The position numbers and the translations under genes were made by a program. This document shows positions 14,783 through 28,479 of a stretch of 64,000 nt of DNA, piece after piece. A model generated the notes under the pieces. It saw only the letters and a program-made list of their open reading frames with translations. It made no database searches and was not told where the DNA came from. The stretch comes from Octopus vulgaris (taxonomy: Eukaryota). Location of the stretch: positions 8,866,001 through 8,930,000 of the forward strand of contig OX597822.1 of the NCBI GenBank assembly GCA_951406725.2, given 5' to 3'. Every line of letters begins with the position of its first letter. Position 1 is the stretch's first letter.

Positions 14783-15102
14783 TATATATATATAAATATA
14801 TTAGAAATATTAAAATTACTAAGTCTCTCTAAAAGAGAACAACGTTAGATAACCGTTCCCGGAAAATATTAGTTATCACCATACTAATATGGCATTCTTA
14901 TAAAAATAAGAATAAAGCTGTCCGCTTATTAGTATGGCGATAACTAATATTTTCCGGGAACGCTGCCGTTGTTCTCTTTTAGAGAGACTTAGTAATTTTA
15001 ATATTTCTAGTATTGAAAACAAGTGGATGTATTCCACCGAAGCTAGGTAAATAAAACCTTTGAACAGAGATTGTCAGAAGCGACACCTACTGGTCTGGCT
15101 AC

Positions 15103-15144
15103 GCTGCATTGAAAAGGGGCAATACCCCGAAACGCATCTGTAGC
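15103..15144 (+). ncRNA. type I hammerhead ribozyme, U3-A8 core
   Basis: GCTGCA-TTGAAAA-GGGG(CAATA)CCCC-GAAA-CGCA-TC^TGTAGC; 6-bp stem I; predicted cut after C15138. Confidence 0.78.
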
Positions 15145-15465
15145 TGCCGGCCAAGTAGTGTGGAGCGACTGACCTCCCTTGTTCAAAGGTTATATGGATA
15201 CAGTTTGTGTATCAAATAGCTAACTTAAGGCGATGGTCTCATGGAGCTAATAAGCGGACAGCTTTATTCTTATTTTTATAAGAATGCCATATTAGTATGG
15301 CGATAACTAATATTTTCCGGGAACGCTGCCGTTGTTCTCTTTTAGAGAGACTTAGTAATTTTAATATTTCTAGTATTGAAAACAAGTGGATGTATTCCAC
15401 CGAAGCTAGGTAAATAAAACCTTTGAACAGAGATTGTCAGAAGCGACACCTACTGGTCTGGCTAC

Positions 15466-15507
15466 GCTGCATTGAAAAGGGGCAATACCCCGAAACGCGT
15501 CTGTAGC
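15466..15507 (+). ncRNA. type I hammerhead ribozyme, U3-A8 core, palindromic stem III (ACGCGT)
   Basis: GCTGCA-TTGAAAA-GGGG(CAATA)CCCC-GAAA-CGCG-TC^TGTAGC; GUC triplet; predicted cut after C15501. Confidence 0.83.
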
Positions 15508-15672
15508 TGCCGGCCAAGTAGTGTGGAGCGACTGACCTCCCTTGTTCAAAGGTTATATGGATACAGTTTGTGTATCAAATAGCTAACTTAAGGCGATGGC
15601 CTCATGGAGCTAATAAGCGGACAGCTTTATTCTTATTTTTATAAGAATGCCATATTAGCATGGCGATAACTA

Positions 15673-15740
<68 letters not shown>

Positions 15741-15861
15741 GTGTGCAGTGAATATATTGTAATCTAACTTACACAAAAATGAAAATAACACTGACATTTC
15801 ATTTTAACAGATATATTTACCAAAATTACATTAAAATATCTTGAAATACTAAAGAGTAACT

Positions 15862-16420
15862 TTATTCCATAAAATCGCCATTGGCTTCTACCTCGACCTC
15901 CAGATAACTTCGGAATCTCCTACAACCCTTTTGGACGGTCTCCTTGTTTAAGTTGGTGAATGCTGCCATAATACTTGCCTTAAGTTCATCTTTGGGGTTA
16001 CAAAGAGTTTTGTTGGTCTCTCGCTCAACTGTACCCCACACCTTATAATCAAGGGGGTTGCTCTCTGGACAATTAGGTAGCCAGATGTTAGGCGTGATGT
16101 GGTCACAGAAATTGTTTGACAGCTATCACTGGTTTCCTCTGCTAGCGTGGCATGATGCAGAGTCCTGTTGTCAGACATAGGGTCTTCCGGCAGCCATTCT
16201 CTTGATTCAGGCCTGCACTACCTCCTCCAGGCACTTGATGCAGACCTCCGTGTTGAATCTGAGGCGGTTTTGGAAGATGAATGAAGGCATAACATCGTCA
16301 TCATTAATGATCACTCAAAGCATTATGATATTCACTGGATGTTTGATTTTTATCAATCTCGGTACATATTTTGGCGAAACGGTAAACCGGTGGTTGTTCT
16401 GTGTGTTCGCCATATGTTCA
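15862..16420 (-). pseudogene. Tc1/mariner-superfamily transposase relic, DD37D (maT-like) spacing
   Basis: Reads NTQNNH..., QQDSASCH...WLPNCPESNPLDY.VWGTVERETN...VEANGDFME*; about 37 residues between the second and third acidic positions, allowing for one frameshift. Confidence 0.78.
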
Positions 16421-16754
16421 TATTGGAGTTTCCAGCGTGAATGACAAGCAGTACATACCGTTTCCAAATTTCTGGCAGAATGAATAACGTCATGGCGTTG
16501 TTTTTTTCTCGCAGACCGTCCCCAACTGACCCTACTATACTGTGTAGTCGACAAAATCAAAAACAAACAATGCATATGCGCGAAATTTAAAATATCTAAT
16601 CCCGACAATTTACCCTCGCAGTCTGTGTGAGTATAAACATGAATACACATACACACGCACACACACACACACACACACACAAATATGCCTGTATATGTGT
16701 AGTATCTACCCATGTTTGCTTTCATGCGTTCGTATGTGCGTACATACATATGTG

Positions 16755-17133
16755 TGGAGGCGCAATGGCCCAGTGGTTAGGGCAGCGGACTCGCGGTCGT
16801 AGGATCGCGGTTTCGATTCCCAGACCGGGCGTTGTGAGTGTTTATTGAGCGAAAACACCTAAAGCTCCACGAAGCTCCGGCAGGGGATGGTGGTGATCCC
16901 TGCTGTACTCTTTCACCACAGCTTTCTCTCACTCTTACTTCCTGTTTCTGTTGTACCTGTATTTCAAAGGGCCGGCCTTGTCACTCTCTGTGTCACGCTG
17001 AATATCCCCGAGAACTACGTTAAGGGTGCACGTGTCTGTGAAGTGCTCAGCCACTTACACGTTAATTTCACGAGCAGGCTGTTCCGTTGATCGGATCAAC
17101 CGGAACCCTCGTCGTCGTAACCGACGGTGTGCT
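16755..17133 (+). mobile_element. full-length SINE family B (OR1/OR2-like head) with tail X
   Basis: Intact A box TGGCCCAGTGG and B box GTTTCGATTCC; tail matches the family C copies at 2404 and 37158. Confidence 0.9.
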
Positions 17134-18393
17134 CCTCCTAAACATACATATGTATCCATGTTAACATTGTTACAAGTTGTCACCTCATTAAAAGTAACAT
17201 CGTTGTCATTTGTGACCCAATCCTTGCAATGGCTTTTATGAATACGTTGCTTCATAGAACTTTTGGTAAAATCTTGTGTTTGCTTCAAAGATTCTAGAGT
17301 TTTCTATGTCTTCCAAATATTAAGGTATGTGTGATTAACAATAATGTTAACAGGAAACTAGCTGTTGTCGTTGTCGTTGTTGTTGTTATTACCGTCGTCT
17401 CTGTAATCTTCTTTCGCATTAGTATTAATTGTTCTCAGCTTTGATCAGAGGCCTTTCAGCTTTGACCGTTCTCAGAAAGGGAATCTAGAAACACCTAATG
17501 TACTGCGACCTGTTTAGAACGGCAGAATGTTTTGAAAGCTGTTATTTATAAGAAGACGAGTAACTACTTTAGATTTCTATCCCACTGGATTTCAGAACTA
17601 TTTAATAATACAACAATCAACATTTTCATATTTCAGAGGTATGCACATTTTATCATTTTATCAATTATGGTGTTTTCATCTCACAAACATATCAACGTAA
17701 ATTTGTTGTTTTGAATGTGTGTGGGTGACAAAAAACATTTAATTTAAGTCAAACGACTCTTGATTAATGTTAAGTTAGCACTGATCTAGAAAACTTAGGA
17801 TAAAAATATACAGCAACCAAACCCATTCCTTCATTCTGAGGATTATAAAAAACTAGATTTGTTTGAGGGTGTGATTTGAGGGACAGTTAACGTGTGTTTT
17901 ATAGTGTTGGTTAGTACGTATTCACAGCTAAATGAACTCTGTTCCTTTCAGGTTAAAAATATTCTATAATTATGGTCATGCGATAGATGCTGCCAAAACT
18001 TCAATTAGTGAAAGATTGATTTTTCTCTATAATATAGTTACAGTCAATGTACACACTTATGCATATATTTGAAAAGCTTAAATAATTTATAATGGAAGGA
18101 CAATTTTGAAAAATTTTGTATCTGTTAACCTATAATGTATAGGTTATCATCCAAGTATTCTTAATATCATCACGCAGAGAGATATAGGATTTACTGAATA
18201 AACAATATAATTATCAAGTGAATGATTGATCTGATTTTCACCTGATTCGGATTTTTGTCAAATATAGCGAATTATGAGTGACACATGCTGAGTCCTACAG
18301 GAGTTGTTAGAGGTTCTATGTCCGGAGTTCGTGGGGCTTGCCAGCAGTAGCTTTCCCTCCTCCATCATTATCGTCATCTACTACTACTACTAT

Positions 18394-18446
<53 letters not shown>

Positions 18447-18894
18447 GTTCTTTTTTTCATTCTAAAACTCTAAAACTACTATCATTATAATTATTATTTT
18501 CCTTTCAATCTGCTTCTTTGATACAATCAGATACTGAGTCATAGCCAACGGCCTTGGGTTAGAGGATGTTGAGATGTGATTGAAGGTTTGGAGAATGAAA
18601 TTGAGAAAGACACTACAGAAATATATTCATATAATACAACACAACGTGATACATTTCATTCACTTCATTTATTAACAAGCAGAGCAACAACAACAACACC
18701 GCCTTCGAAACCATTACAAGAAGTAGTAGTTCTATCGTCTTTTCCACACCACCTCTAACAATATTGCTTCTGTTGCATTCGATAGGGTTCCTAAGCATAT
18801 GATCGGCCACAGAATTGAAGTTTTATTCCGGAAATTCTTAGAACTTAAGTTTCGGACAATTCTCATGGTAAGTTGTTAGTGTTTGGTATATTCT

Positions 18895-19042
18895 AACTTG
18901 CCAGTTACATTCGATATTTATTATATTTCTCTATAACAAGCTAGTTGCTGCTCGTTATAATCCAAGAAGTAAATTTTACACCCGCTTATGAAGCAATCGT
19001 TCACCGTACTTGTTCGGCAAAATAATAACGTAAGCTAAACGC
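18895..19042 (+). repeat. unclassified dispersed repeat, second copy at about 22400-22568
   Basis: Shared GCTGCTCGTTATAAT, TTTTACACCCGCTTATGAAGC, TCGTTCACCGT and AACGTAAGCTAAACGC. Confidence 0.7.
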
Positions 19043-19789
19043 ATTTGGTATGAATGGCAACAGACATTTTAGATGTTCTTAGTAACTGTGTGTGACTAGA
19101 AATGGGTATGAATACCTGTAAATCTTGCTCACAATGTTCTATTTCTATTCCCATACGCGTTACCATTCGTGATGCACGTCTTTCTACACATCGTCTCCAG
19201 GATGGTGTTGTGGCCTTGCATGAAGCAAATATCAAAACAGGACGCATAACATCGAGAATGTCATCACATATTCATCGCCCTGTATCAGGATGTCCCTTCT
19301 ATAGAAATCTATAGACAATAAGTAAGAGAAAAGAGTGATTGCCATTCTTACGAAGACGCTGATTATCAACGAAAATCAACTAGTTAGACATTTTCTGAAG
19401 GACGTTCCGATAGGGGAGAATTATAGAAACTTGTCGAAGCTTGACAGCGCTACTTTCATTCGTGTGGTGAACGAATTTAAAATGTGAGATCAGAGATGTT
19501 GCTCTTTTGTAGTTGCCTCATCTATCATACATGTTCTGTTTTTTTTTTTATTCACCACAATAATGTCCGATTTCCGATGTTTACTTGGATGATCGCACTG
19601 GATCATTGCATACCACAAGATTTTGCAATTCTCATCTTCTTGACTCCTTCTTGGGTTTACTCAAACCTCGTCTTTTATATTTAGTTACACAATTTTTAGT
19701 TTTGATGACGCCGGACTTCGTGTGTTTCAACAATGGGTCCACGGCATTTTTTATATACAACCCTAGACTGTTTTCCTCTCCTTCGGTAC

Positions 19790-19872
<83 letters not shown>
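19790..19872. repeat. (TTA)n tract at the 3' flank of the R4/Dong element
   Basis: Direct reading. Confidence 0.95.
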
Positions 19873-19875
<3 letters not shown>

Positions 19876-21174
19876 TAGTTTTATTTTTATTTTTATAGCG
19901 TGCTTTCACTTCACTACCGAGCGCAGCTCTGTGTGCCTTGGGTATGTGCTGTGATTTGTTGTGATGCTCTGATGGTTATTGTATGGAAAGTGTTCTGCGT
20001 AGGATGTGTGCAGTGCCTAGTAGTGCAATTTTCTGTATGTTATATGTGTTTGTAAGTCCTGGTGTTTTTGTTATGTATTTGTCTGAATATTTTTTTATCA
20101 TGCCTAATGCACCTACTATGATAGGAATTGTTTCTGTTTTCAGATTCCACATTCTAGTTACCTCTATTTCCAGGTCTTTGTATTTTGAAAGTTTCTCCAT
20201 TTCTTTTAGAGACACGTTGTCATCTGCCGGTATTGATACATCAATTAGAAAGCATTTTTTTCTTCATGGTCTCTGACAACTATATCTGGTCTGTTGGCCT
20301 TAATTTCTCTATCTGTGTGTATCGGCATATCCCAGAGTATGGTTGCTTTCTCGTTTTCTGTGACCTTTTCTGGTGTGTGCCTATACCATCTTTTTTCTGT
20401 TGTTATTCCATAATGTTGGCATAGCTTCCAATGTATGTAAGTTCCAACTCTGTCGTGTCTGTGAATATATTCCTTCTTAGCCAGGACTGGGCAGCTAGAG
20501 ATAATATGATTTATTGTTTCTTGTCCATCTCCACATATTCTGCTGTTACTTGTAATATTTCTTTTCATTACATGTTTTTGGTAATTTCTGGTGGGGAGGC
20601 TTTGGTCTTGAGCTGCAATTAAAAATCCCTCTGTTTCTGCTTTGAGTCCTGAGCTTCTCAACCATTGCTGGGATTTTTCTTTGTCTATTTCTTTTGCGTT
20701 TAGTTTAGTCCAGTATTTACCATGAAGGGGCTTTTCTTGCCATCGTTTTATCATGGTTCGTTGCTGTTCTATTTTTAGTTTGGATTTCATTTTTTTTATA
20801 GCTTTTGTTGTTTCTTCATCTTCTTCTTCTTCTTCTTCTTCATGTTTATTAGGTGGTATGATTTCTTGTTTGTATTTGTCAGCTTCCTTAAATACTGAGA
20901 ACAGTTTTTTGTTTTGCTCGTGTTTTGCCGCTATCTGGATCAGTTTTCCTTCCTTCTGAAGTAGATATTTTTGCAGTCCTATGGTGGTTATTTTATAGTA
21001 GTTTTCCAGCTGTATAAGGCCTCTACCACCTTCTATACGTTGTATATATAGTCTTTCTATGTCAGATTTTGGGTGATGCATCCTAGATCCTGTCATTATT
21101 TTTCTTGTTTTCCTGTCTATTTTGGTCAGTTCATTTCGTGTCCAGTTAAGGATATTGTAGCTGTAACTTATAAC

Positions 21175-21177
<3 letters not shown>
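19873..21177 (-). mobile_element. 5'-truncated R4/Dong-clade non-LTR retrotransposon (RT thumb, CCHC finger, restriction-like endonuclease)
   Basis: ORFs 20245..21096 and 19976..20215 read RLYIQRIEGGRGLIQLE, HGKYW, ETEGFLIAAQDQ, (S)RICG..ETINHIISSC, RHD, RPDIV, K..KY.DL and PIIVGALG; one frameshift in an A-run; (TAA)n on both sides. Confidence 0.92.
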
Positions 21178-21987
<810 letters not shown>

Positions 21988-21990
21988 TTA

Positions 21991-22160
21991 AGTGGTGAGC
22001 AGGCACAATCATAAGTACTCTGGACGAAATGCTTCGCAGCATTTCGTCTGTTGCTGCGAACTGAGTTCAAATTGTGCCGAGGTCGATTTTGCCTTTCGTC
22101 CATTCGGAGTCGATAAATTGAGTAGCCGTGAAACACTGGATTGCTGCCCTTGTGGCTAAA
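21991..22160 (+). mobile_element. SINE family D (Nin/Deu-like central domain)
   Basis: GAGTTCAAATT B box followed by GTCGATTTTGCCTTTCGTCCATTCGGAGTCGATAAATTGAGTA. Confidence 0.75.
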
Positions 22161-24499
22161 TTATTAGGATAAGCTTGTTTTTTTGTTTGTTTTTATTGTT
22201 TGTTTGTTTTTGCTCACACTCATCTTCATCTATTTTTAGCTTCTTTCTATCCAATTCCTTTTCGTTCCTCGGTTTTAGTCGTCAGTGCAACAAGTTCACT
22301 AAAGAAACGTCCTACCCAATCAAAACGCTACTATGTTTTCTTTAAACGGTATAACTAACTAATCAGTTTTTGTTTCGGAATTAAATTCTCAATTAATCCA
22401 ATTTCCCAATTATATTCGGTACTTATTATGTTTCTCTATGACAAGCAAGTCGCTGCTCGTTATAATGCAAGAAAAACATTTTACACCCGCTTATGAAGCC
22501 CAAGAAACATACGCGCTAGAGTTCGTTCACCGTGTTTTTTCGCCCAAATACGAACGTAAGCTAAACGCTAGCATTTCCCTAATGATTGCATTTAACTCTT
22601 GTTTGATTAATTCCGAAGTTGAAAACATTACAAATAATCAATCCGTCATTGTAAATCTACTTAGTGTTGATTGAAAACGTCATTCAGATATTTACAAAAC
22701 AATGACAATTGAAAGTTTGTATTTCTCTCAATGTATTTAAAATTCCCCCTTAGACATCTCCGAATAACCATTAACAATTGATTGCTCTTTTCATTTACTT
22801 CTTTCAAATAATCGTATGTTGTCGGCAACGTTTGCCAGTCATTATGCTTTATTTTAAATGTTTAAATGTCAACAAAAAGATTTTGTCGTATAATCTGAAT
22901 GTTTACATCGGACTTTTTGTTATATCATGTTCTAAAATCATTCACCAACATATTGACTGACCATTCTAGCAATTCCCTTTTTCTATTCTGTTTGTTTTGG
23001 CCATTTCCCAAAATTGGAGTCATTCTATAAATTGTTGTACCTAAAATAGATTGATGGATTCTTTTATTTCCACGAGAGCAAGGAAAGATAAAAGATCTAT
23101 CATGTTTTCATGTCATCAATGCTGCTGACATCAATGTACTTAACTTCTTTTGGCTCTCAACACCATATTGATGCTGGCATCAATGGTGCAGATATCCAGT
23201 GAATCATTTGTCTAGCAGAACGCTTTGCTCCAGTGACTCACTATCCACACCAACCTGATATCCGATCAAAACAAAGGCTCTTCTTGCGCCATTTAACTTC
23301 TTTCTAACCACCAAATCAATCTTATATCCAAACATTAATTTTCGGCTCTCAACATCTAATCACTGTATAATGAAAGTAACATACATCACAGCCTTCTAAT
23401 ATACAACACCATCTGCTTTGAGTAAAAGTCGCAATGTTGCTAATTAATCAATATTCCATCTGACAATTCTGGGAAGTGAATGTGCTTTACCTATGATACC
23501 TTTAGAGCCCTTATATAACATTACTTTCTAAACAAGGGTTCTTTTCTAAATATCATACGTTTTGTTTTTCTCACTTTCTCACGGCGGACTATTTCACGTT
23601 TGGACTTTTTATACATTTCTAATAGAGAAGGACAAAACGGATACCACCCTCCGAATAATACATATACATACATTCAGGTACTGCTGCAGAGGCTTTGTAT
23701 AGGCGACGAATGTAGCTTACAGCACATGAAGGAAGGCGCAATTCATCACCAACTCGAACATTTTATCATCCATACTACTCTCTGCAAGTTAATATATTAA
23801 GGCACTCTACATATAACGAATATCAGCTAAATCCCACCCTATTGTCCTAAGAAAAGGACACATTCTATATCTTGGTATTAGATACGTTACTTCTTTGGCG
23901 TGCCGATGGTCACAGCTATAGCAACATTTGATCAAAGATTTGCTGCATCAATGCAGTCCTGAGACTAAACCGCAAGAACAAGATTTTAATAAAACATTTG
24001 AAAATGAGGATTTTTCTTTACCACTTTGATACATTTTCCTTTCATAGTGACCTGCAAGAAAGTTTCTACAAAGCTACACATTTTAAAGACGTTCTCTCTT
24101 GCACCACATGCCAATGATTTTTTAATTTAAACATCTTCAGAGAAAACAGTATTGCTTTTCATGTCAAATGCAAAAGTTTTGATTGTTTCAGGCACGCAAA
24201 CTTCCTAGTTGCTCTCTTTCTCATTTGTTATTCAGAATTTTCCTGTTAGACACACAAATACCAGCGTAAGCGAACAAACGTCTCTTATCGATAATTTAAA
24301 TCTGACAGCTTGTATTTTAAATGAAATAAAGACCTACATGTTTTGTATAGAACAACTATTCCTTCACAAATTGCTTATTCTCCGGATTCTTCTAAACATA
24401 TTCATAGAACTACAACCTGCATTCAGCCTAGATATTTCTGCAAAAATACAGTGTTACTATAAAAGGAAGCTCAGAAACATTTCCAATGAGGACATATAT

Positions 24500-24946
24500 T
24501 GGATCTTTTCTAAAAGATGGACAGAATTTTCTAGTTAACTAAACAATTTGAAACTTCGTATACTGGTAGAATGTGTCAAAAAAAAACATTAATTTCACTA
24601 GATTTTTTGAGAAAATTGTATTTTGTAACTTTTACATAGTTTAATTCTTCGAATTTTAACCAATGAAATCCCAGCATTTGACCTAAATTCATTTGCTGCG
24701 TCTAAGTAAACAGCAGACACATACACACGCACACGTGCTATTCATCCATCACTCCTGTCTTCTGCAGGTGCTAGAAATAACAGCTATATCTCTTAAATCG
24801 ATGAATTTCGTCGCCCAATAAAAATATTAACGATATTTTTGGACTTTTAAAACATGTTCGTATTCGTTCCGCTTTCGCAGGACATCGATTTTTTTTTTCA
24901 ACTTGTTTTAACTAGAAAATTCTGTCCATCTTTTAGAAAAGATCCC
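24500..24946. mobile_element. MITE with about 40-bp terminal inverted repeats
   Basis: GGATCTTTTCTAAAAGATGGACAGAATTTTCTAGTTAA versus TTAACTAGAAAATTCTGTCCATCTTTTAGAAAAGATCC; ATATAT on both flanks. Confidence 0.85.
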
Positions 24947-25309
24947 ATATATTTAATAGCACAAACGAACATTGCCAATCCATACGCCTGAGAATTACAT
25001 TCATTTGAGTCATTCAATAGTTACAATAAAATGTAAACCACCCGATTTCTGAATCCCTTTCACAGCAAACTCCTAGTATCCTATTAGTTAACTTTGAGTA
25101 TTCATTACCTCAAAGACAATAAAATGCTCCTTAGTTATGTACCTTATTTTACTTTTCATTATTTCTTGATCATCTCCAGGGCACATGGGATTTAGCTGAT
25201 ATTCCTTATATGTAGAGTGCCTTAATACATTAACTTGCAGACAGTAGTATGGATGGTAACATGTTCGAGTTGGTGATGAATTCATGTGCTCAAGGGCGGC
25301 AAACGCTAT

Positions 25310-25360
25310 CATTGCTACTGCTACTACTACTACTACTACTACTACTAATACTAATACTAA

Positions 25361-25391
<31 letters not shown>

Positions 25392-25645
25392 GCTACTACT
25401 ACTACTACTGATGGTATTATTATTATTATTATTACTAGTAGTAGTAGTAGTAGTAGTACTAGTAGTAGTAGTTACTGTTGCTACTACTGTTATAGTAATA
25501 CTAGTAATAATAACACATTACTACTTCTTCAGTACTACAACTACTATCGCACTATTACTAACAATAATACTAATACTGCTACTACTGCTGCTGCTATTAA
25601 CACATCTACTAAGTCTACTGTAATACTATCCTTCTACTACTGCTA
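25310..25645. repeat. mixed (TAC)/(TAT)/(TAG)n microsatellite
   Basis: Direct reading. Confidence 0.9.
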
Positions 25646-25878
25646 CACACAAAAATAAATTGCATCTAAAGTAGTAACCAACCGGTTGATCGACTGAGAT
25701 CGTTTCTCCAACTCGCTTCTCTTCTACAGCAGCTCAAAACAGCGTCTGAACTTTTAAGCTTATAGTCTGCTTAGCCTGGTTGCCTCAATCCCTCTCTGTG
25801 CCCTCTTTTTACACAACTACTATTTCTCACACACAAATCCCGGAATATACAGTACGGAATATACAGAACTTCTGTACA

Positions 25879-25927
<49 letters not shown>

Positions 25928-26057
25928 CCTTCCCCATGTATCTATTTTCCCTCTTTCTGTGGCTATTTATCTATCTATCTCTTCCTCTCTGCACTCACAC
26001 ATTTGCTACTAGCTTTGAGTAGCTTTGATTTATTCAAATTTTATATATATATATAAA

Positions 26058-26103
26058 GTCTTGTGAGTGGATTTGGTTGACGGAAACTGAAAGAAGACAG
26101 TCG

Positions 26104-26134
<31 letters not shown>

Positions 26135-26142
26135 GTGTGTGT

Positions 26143-26218
<76 letters not shown>

Positions 26219-26424
26219 ATGTTTGTCCACCCCAACATCGCTTGACAATCGATGCTGGTGTTTACGTCCCCGTTACCTAGCGGTTCAGAAAAAGAGACTG
26301 ATAGAATAAGTACTAGGTTTACAAAGAATAAGTCCTGGGGTCGATTTGCTCGACTAAAGGCGGTGCTCCAATATGGCCGGCCGCAGTCAAATGACTGAAA
26401 CAAGTAAACGAGTAAAATAGTAAA
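26058..26424 (+). mobile_element. SINE family A, 5'-truncated
   Basis: TTGTGAGTGGATTTGG...(TG)n...GGTGCTCCA...TGACTGAAACAAGTAAA. Confidence 0.85.
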
Positions 26425-26444
26425 GTGTAAAGTGTGTGTGTGTG

Positions 26445-26493
<49 letters not shown>

Positions 26494-27039
26494 TTGAATT
26501 ATTTTGAGTAGTCTAGAAGAAAACCAGAAAACTAATGGGTGATGTTTCTCCTTCCCTGACTAACTAATTAAAAAGTAAATAAATAAAATAGACGCTGTGT
26601 GATTTGTAAGTGAAATTTCCAGAAAGTCTGGAGATGGCATGATAAGCATACTAATTAAAGAAATAACCAGTTGAAACGCTATGTTATATCGTATTTCATT
26701 AACGTTCCTAACAAAATACAATATTGTAATTAGCAGATATGAAGATTACGAATCTTTCCCTGAGCTCTAGAATTGTTTCCAAGACACTGTGTCTTTCTCT
26801 TTATGAAAGAAATATATTATCTGTCTTACAAAGCATATGACGTCATTTAAATCTTTAGATTACTTTAATCTCAACACAAAGCAAAGCTCTGCCACAATTT
26901 TTTTAAATCCTAAGAAAAAAATTGATCATAATATAATTATTCTATTATTTACTGTCCTGCGATCTAATCCTACTTGTCTCTACTCTACCTATCTTACAAT
27001 ACAAAAGACACCCAAATGCCAGGACCATTAGAACGTCTG

Positions 27040-27257
27040 GAATAATCCTTTCTACTATAAACACAAGGTCTAAAATTTGGGGAAAGGGGCTGGTCATTTA
27101 TATCGACTCTAATGTCTAACTGGTTCTTATTTATTTGACCTAGTAAGGATGAAAGGCAAATCGACCTGAGCGGAATTTGAACCCCCAAAAATGAAGACAG
27201 ACGAAATAACACTAAGCATTTCGCCCGGCGTGCTTATGATTCTCCCAGCTCGCCGTC
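27040..27257 (-). mobile_element. SINE family D with an alternative tail
   Basis: AAGGATGAAAGGCAAATCGACC...ATTTCGCCCGGCGTGCT...CAGCTCGCCG; a decayed opposite-strand copy follows at about 27280-27450. Confidence 0.78.
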
Positions 27258-28479
27258 TTTAGAATGCCTGAAATAATGCCCTATACTTTCGTCTGCATTT
27301 TTTTCTTTCTGAGTTCAAATCAAGCAGACGTACGATTCGCTTTTTATTATTTTGTGGTCTATAAGTACCAGTCACTGAATTGAATTCAATAGCATCAACT
27401 AACCCCTCCCCCCTCCCCGTAAAACTGCTGGTCATTTCCCTAAATCAAAAACCAGGTAAATAAGAACCAGATATGAATATACGTAGCCTACGCCTATAAT
27501 TTCTGATAAATATACTCAAAGAAGAAATAAGCACTTGCTAAACTGAAAATATTTTCAGAAGTAAACCCATGTGTAACAGGCGGTATTATAGTATTTCCTT
27601 TAATTTTTTAGATATGTTAGCAGTCAGTTCTTTTACTGTTCGATATGTTTACTCTAATGGGAATAAAAATAAAATACTAGCACTATATATTAATTGTCGT
27701 CCATAAACGTTTTTGCTTCACTTAAACGGCGGCAAACTTTTTTTTTATCTTTTGATTAGAATCTGGTGATCACTGAATGAGCCGCGGAGATAAGTTTTCA
27801 TTTCTGAAGATTATGTAATCCAGTGTGTTCTTTTTGTATGATCTTATGGAAAGTTTCCCCTATTAATTCTTGCCGGCTGAGGAACTGCATAAGAAACATC
27901 CTTCGATGGTCAGCTTTGAAAAGTGATATAACGTCATATTAAATGTCTCAGATTATTCAGTGTAGAATCATTATTATTGAAGCCTAAAGTGTTAGCTATG
28001 CCTTTTAATGGTTCTTAATCAATCTAATCAGATGCGTCTATCTCTCAGCAAATTATACCCTGCGTTTCATCGAAAGCACAATTCTAAGAGTTTAGTCCAC
28101 AAAGATAAAGAGGAGCAGACGAGCTTCGCCGTGATTTATAGTACCTTTGACAGTTGAAAATCGATTGATTTGTTGTTCAGCATCGACTGAAAAAATATTC
28201 TGGGTGAATAGGGAATTCCTGATCATTGATGGCAGTATCATTCGACTTCCGACTTTTTTTTTTTGTTTTCACTTACGCTCAATTTACGTTTTCTTTCTAA
28301 TTTTTGGTGATGGTAGCGGACGTACATTTTAAAATATTTTACTGATCTTAAATTTTCTGAAATAAAAGTTATTTACCTGTACTGGAAGTTGTATATTAGG
28401 TAAAATTATTGGAAACAGCCCTCAGATGATTTTACTATAAATATAAATATAATCTCGTTAAGGTGTAGGTTTAAGTATG

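Larger units (their letters stand above)
14802..15676 (+). mobile_element. 363-bp tandem repeat (about 2.07 units) with an inverted 5' partial copy; retrozyme / Penelope-like pLTR array
   Basis: Units start at 14927, 15290 and 15653 and are nearly identical; 14802-14932 is the reverse complement of the unit junction; flanked by (TA)n; each full unit carries an HHR. Confidence 0.85.

Noticed and set aside
16755-16830. tRNA gene (also at 30694, 37410 and family A heads)
   Set aside because: A and B boxes are present but each continues into a SINE body without a clean cloverleaf or terminator, so these are SINE heads.
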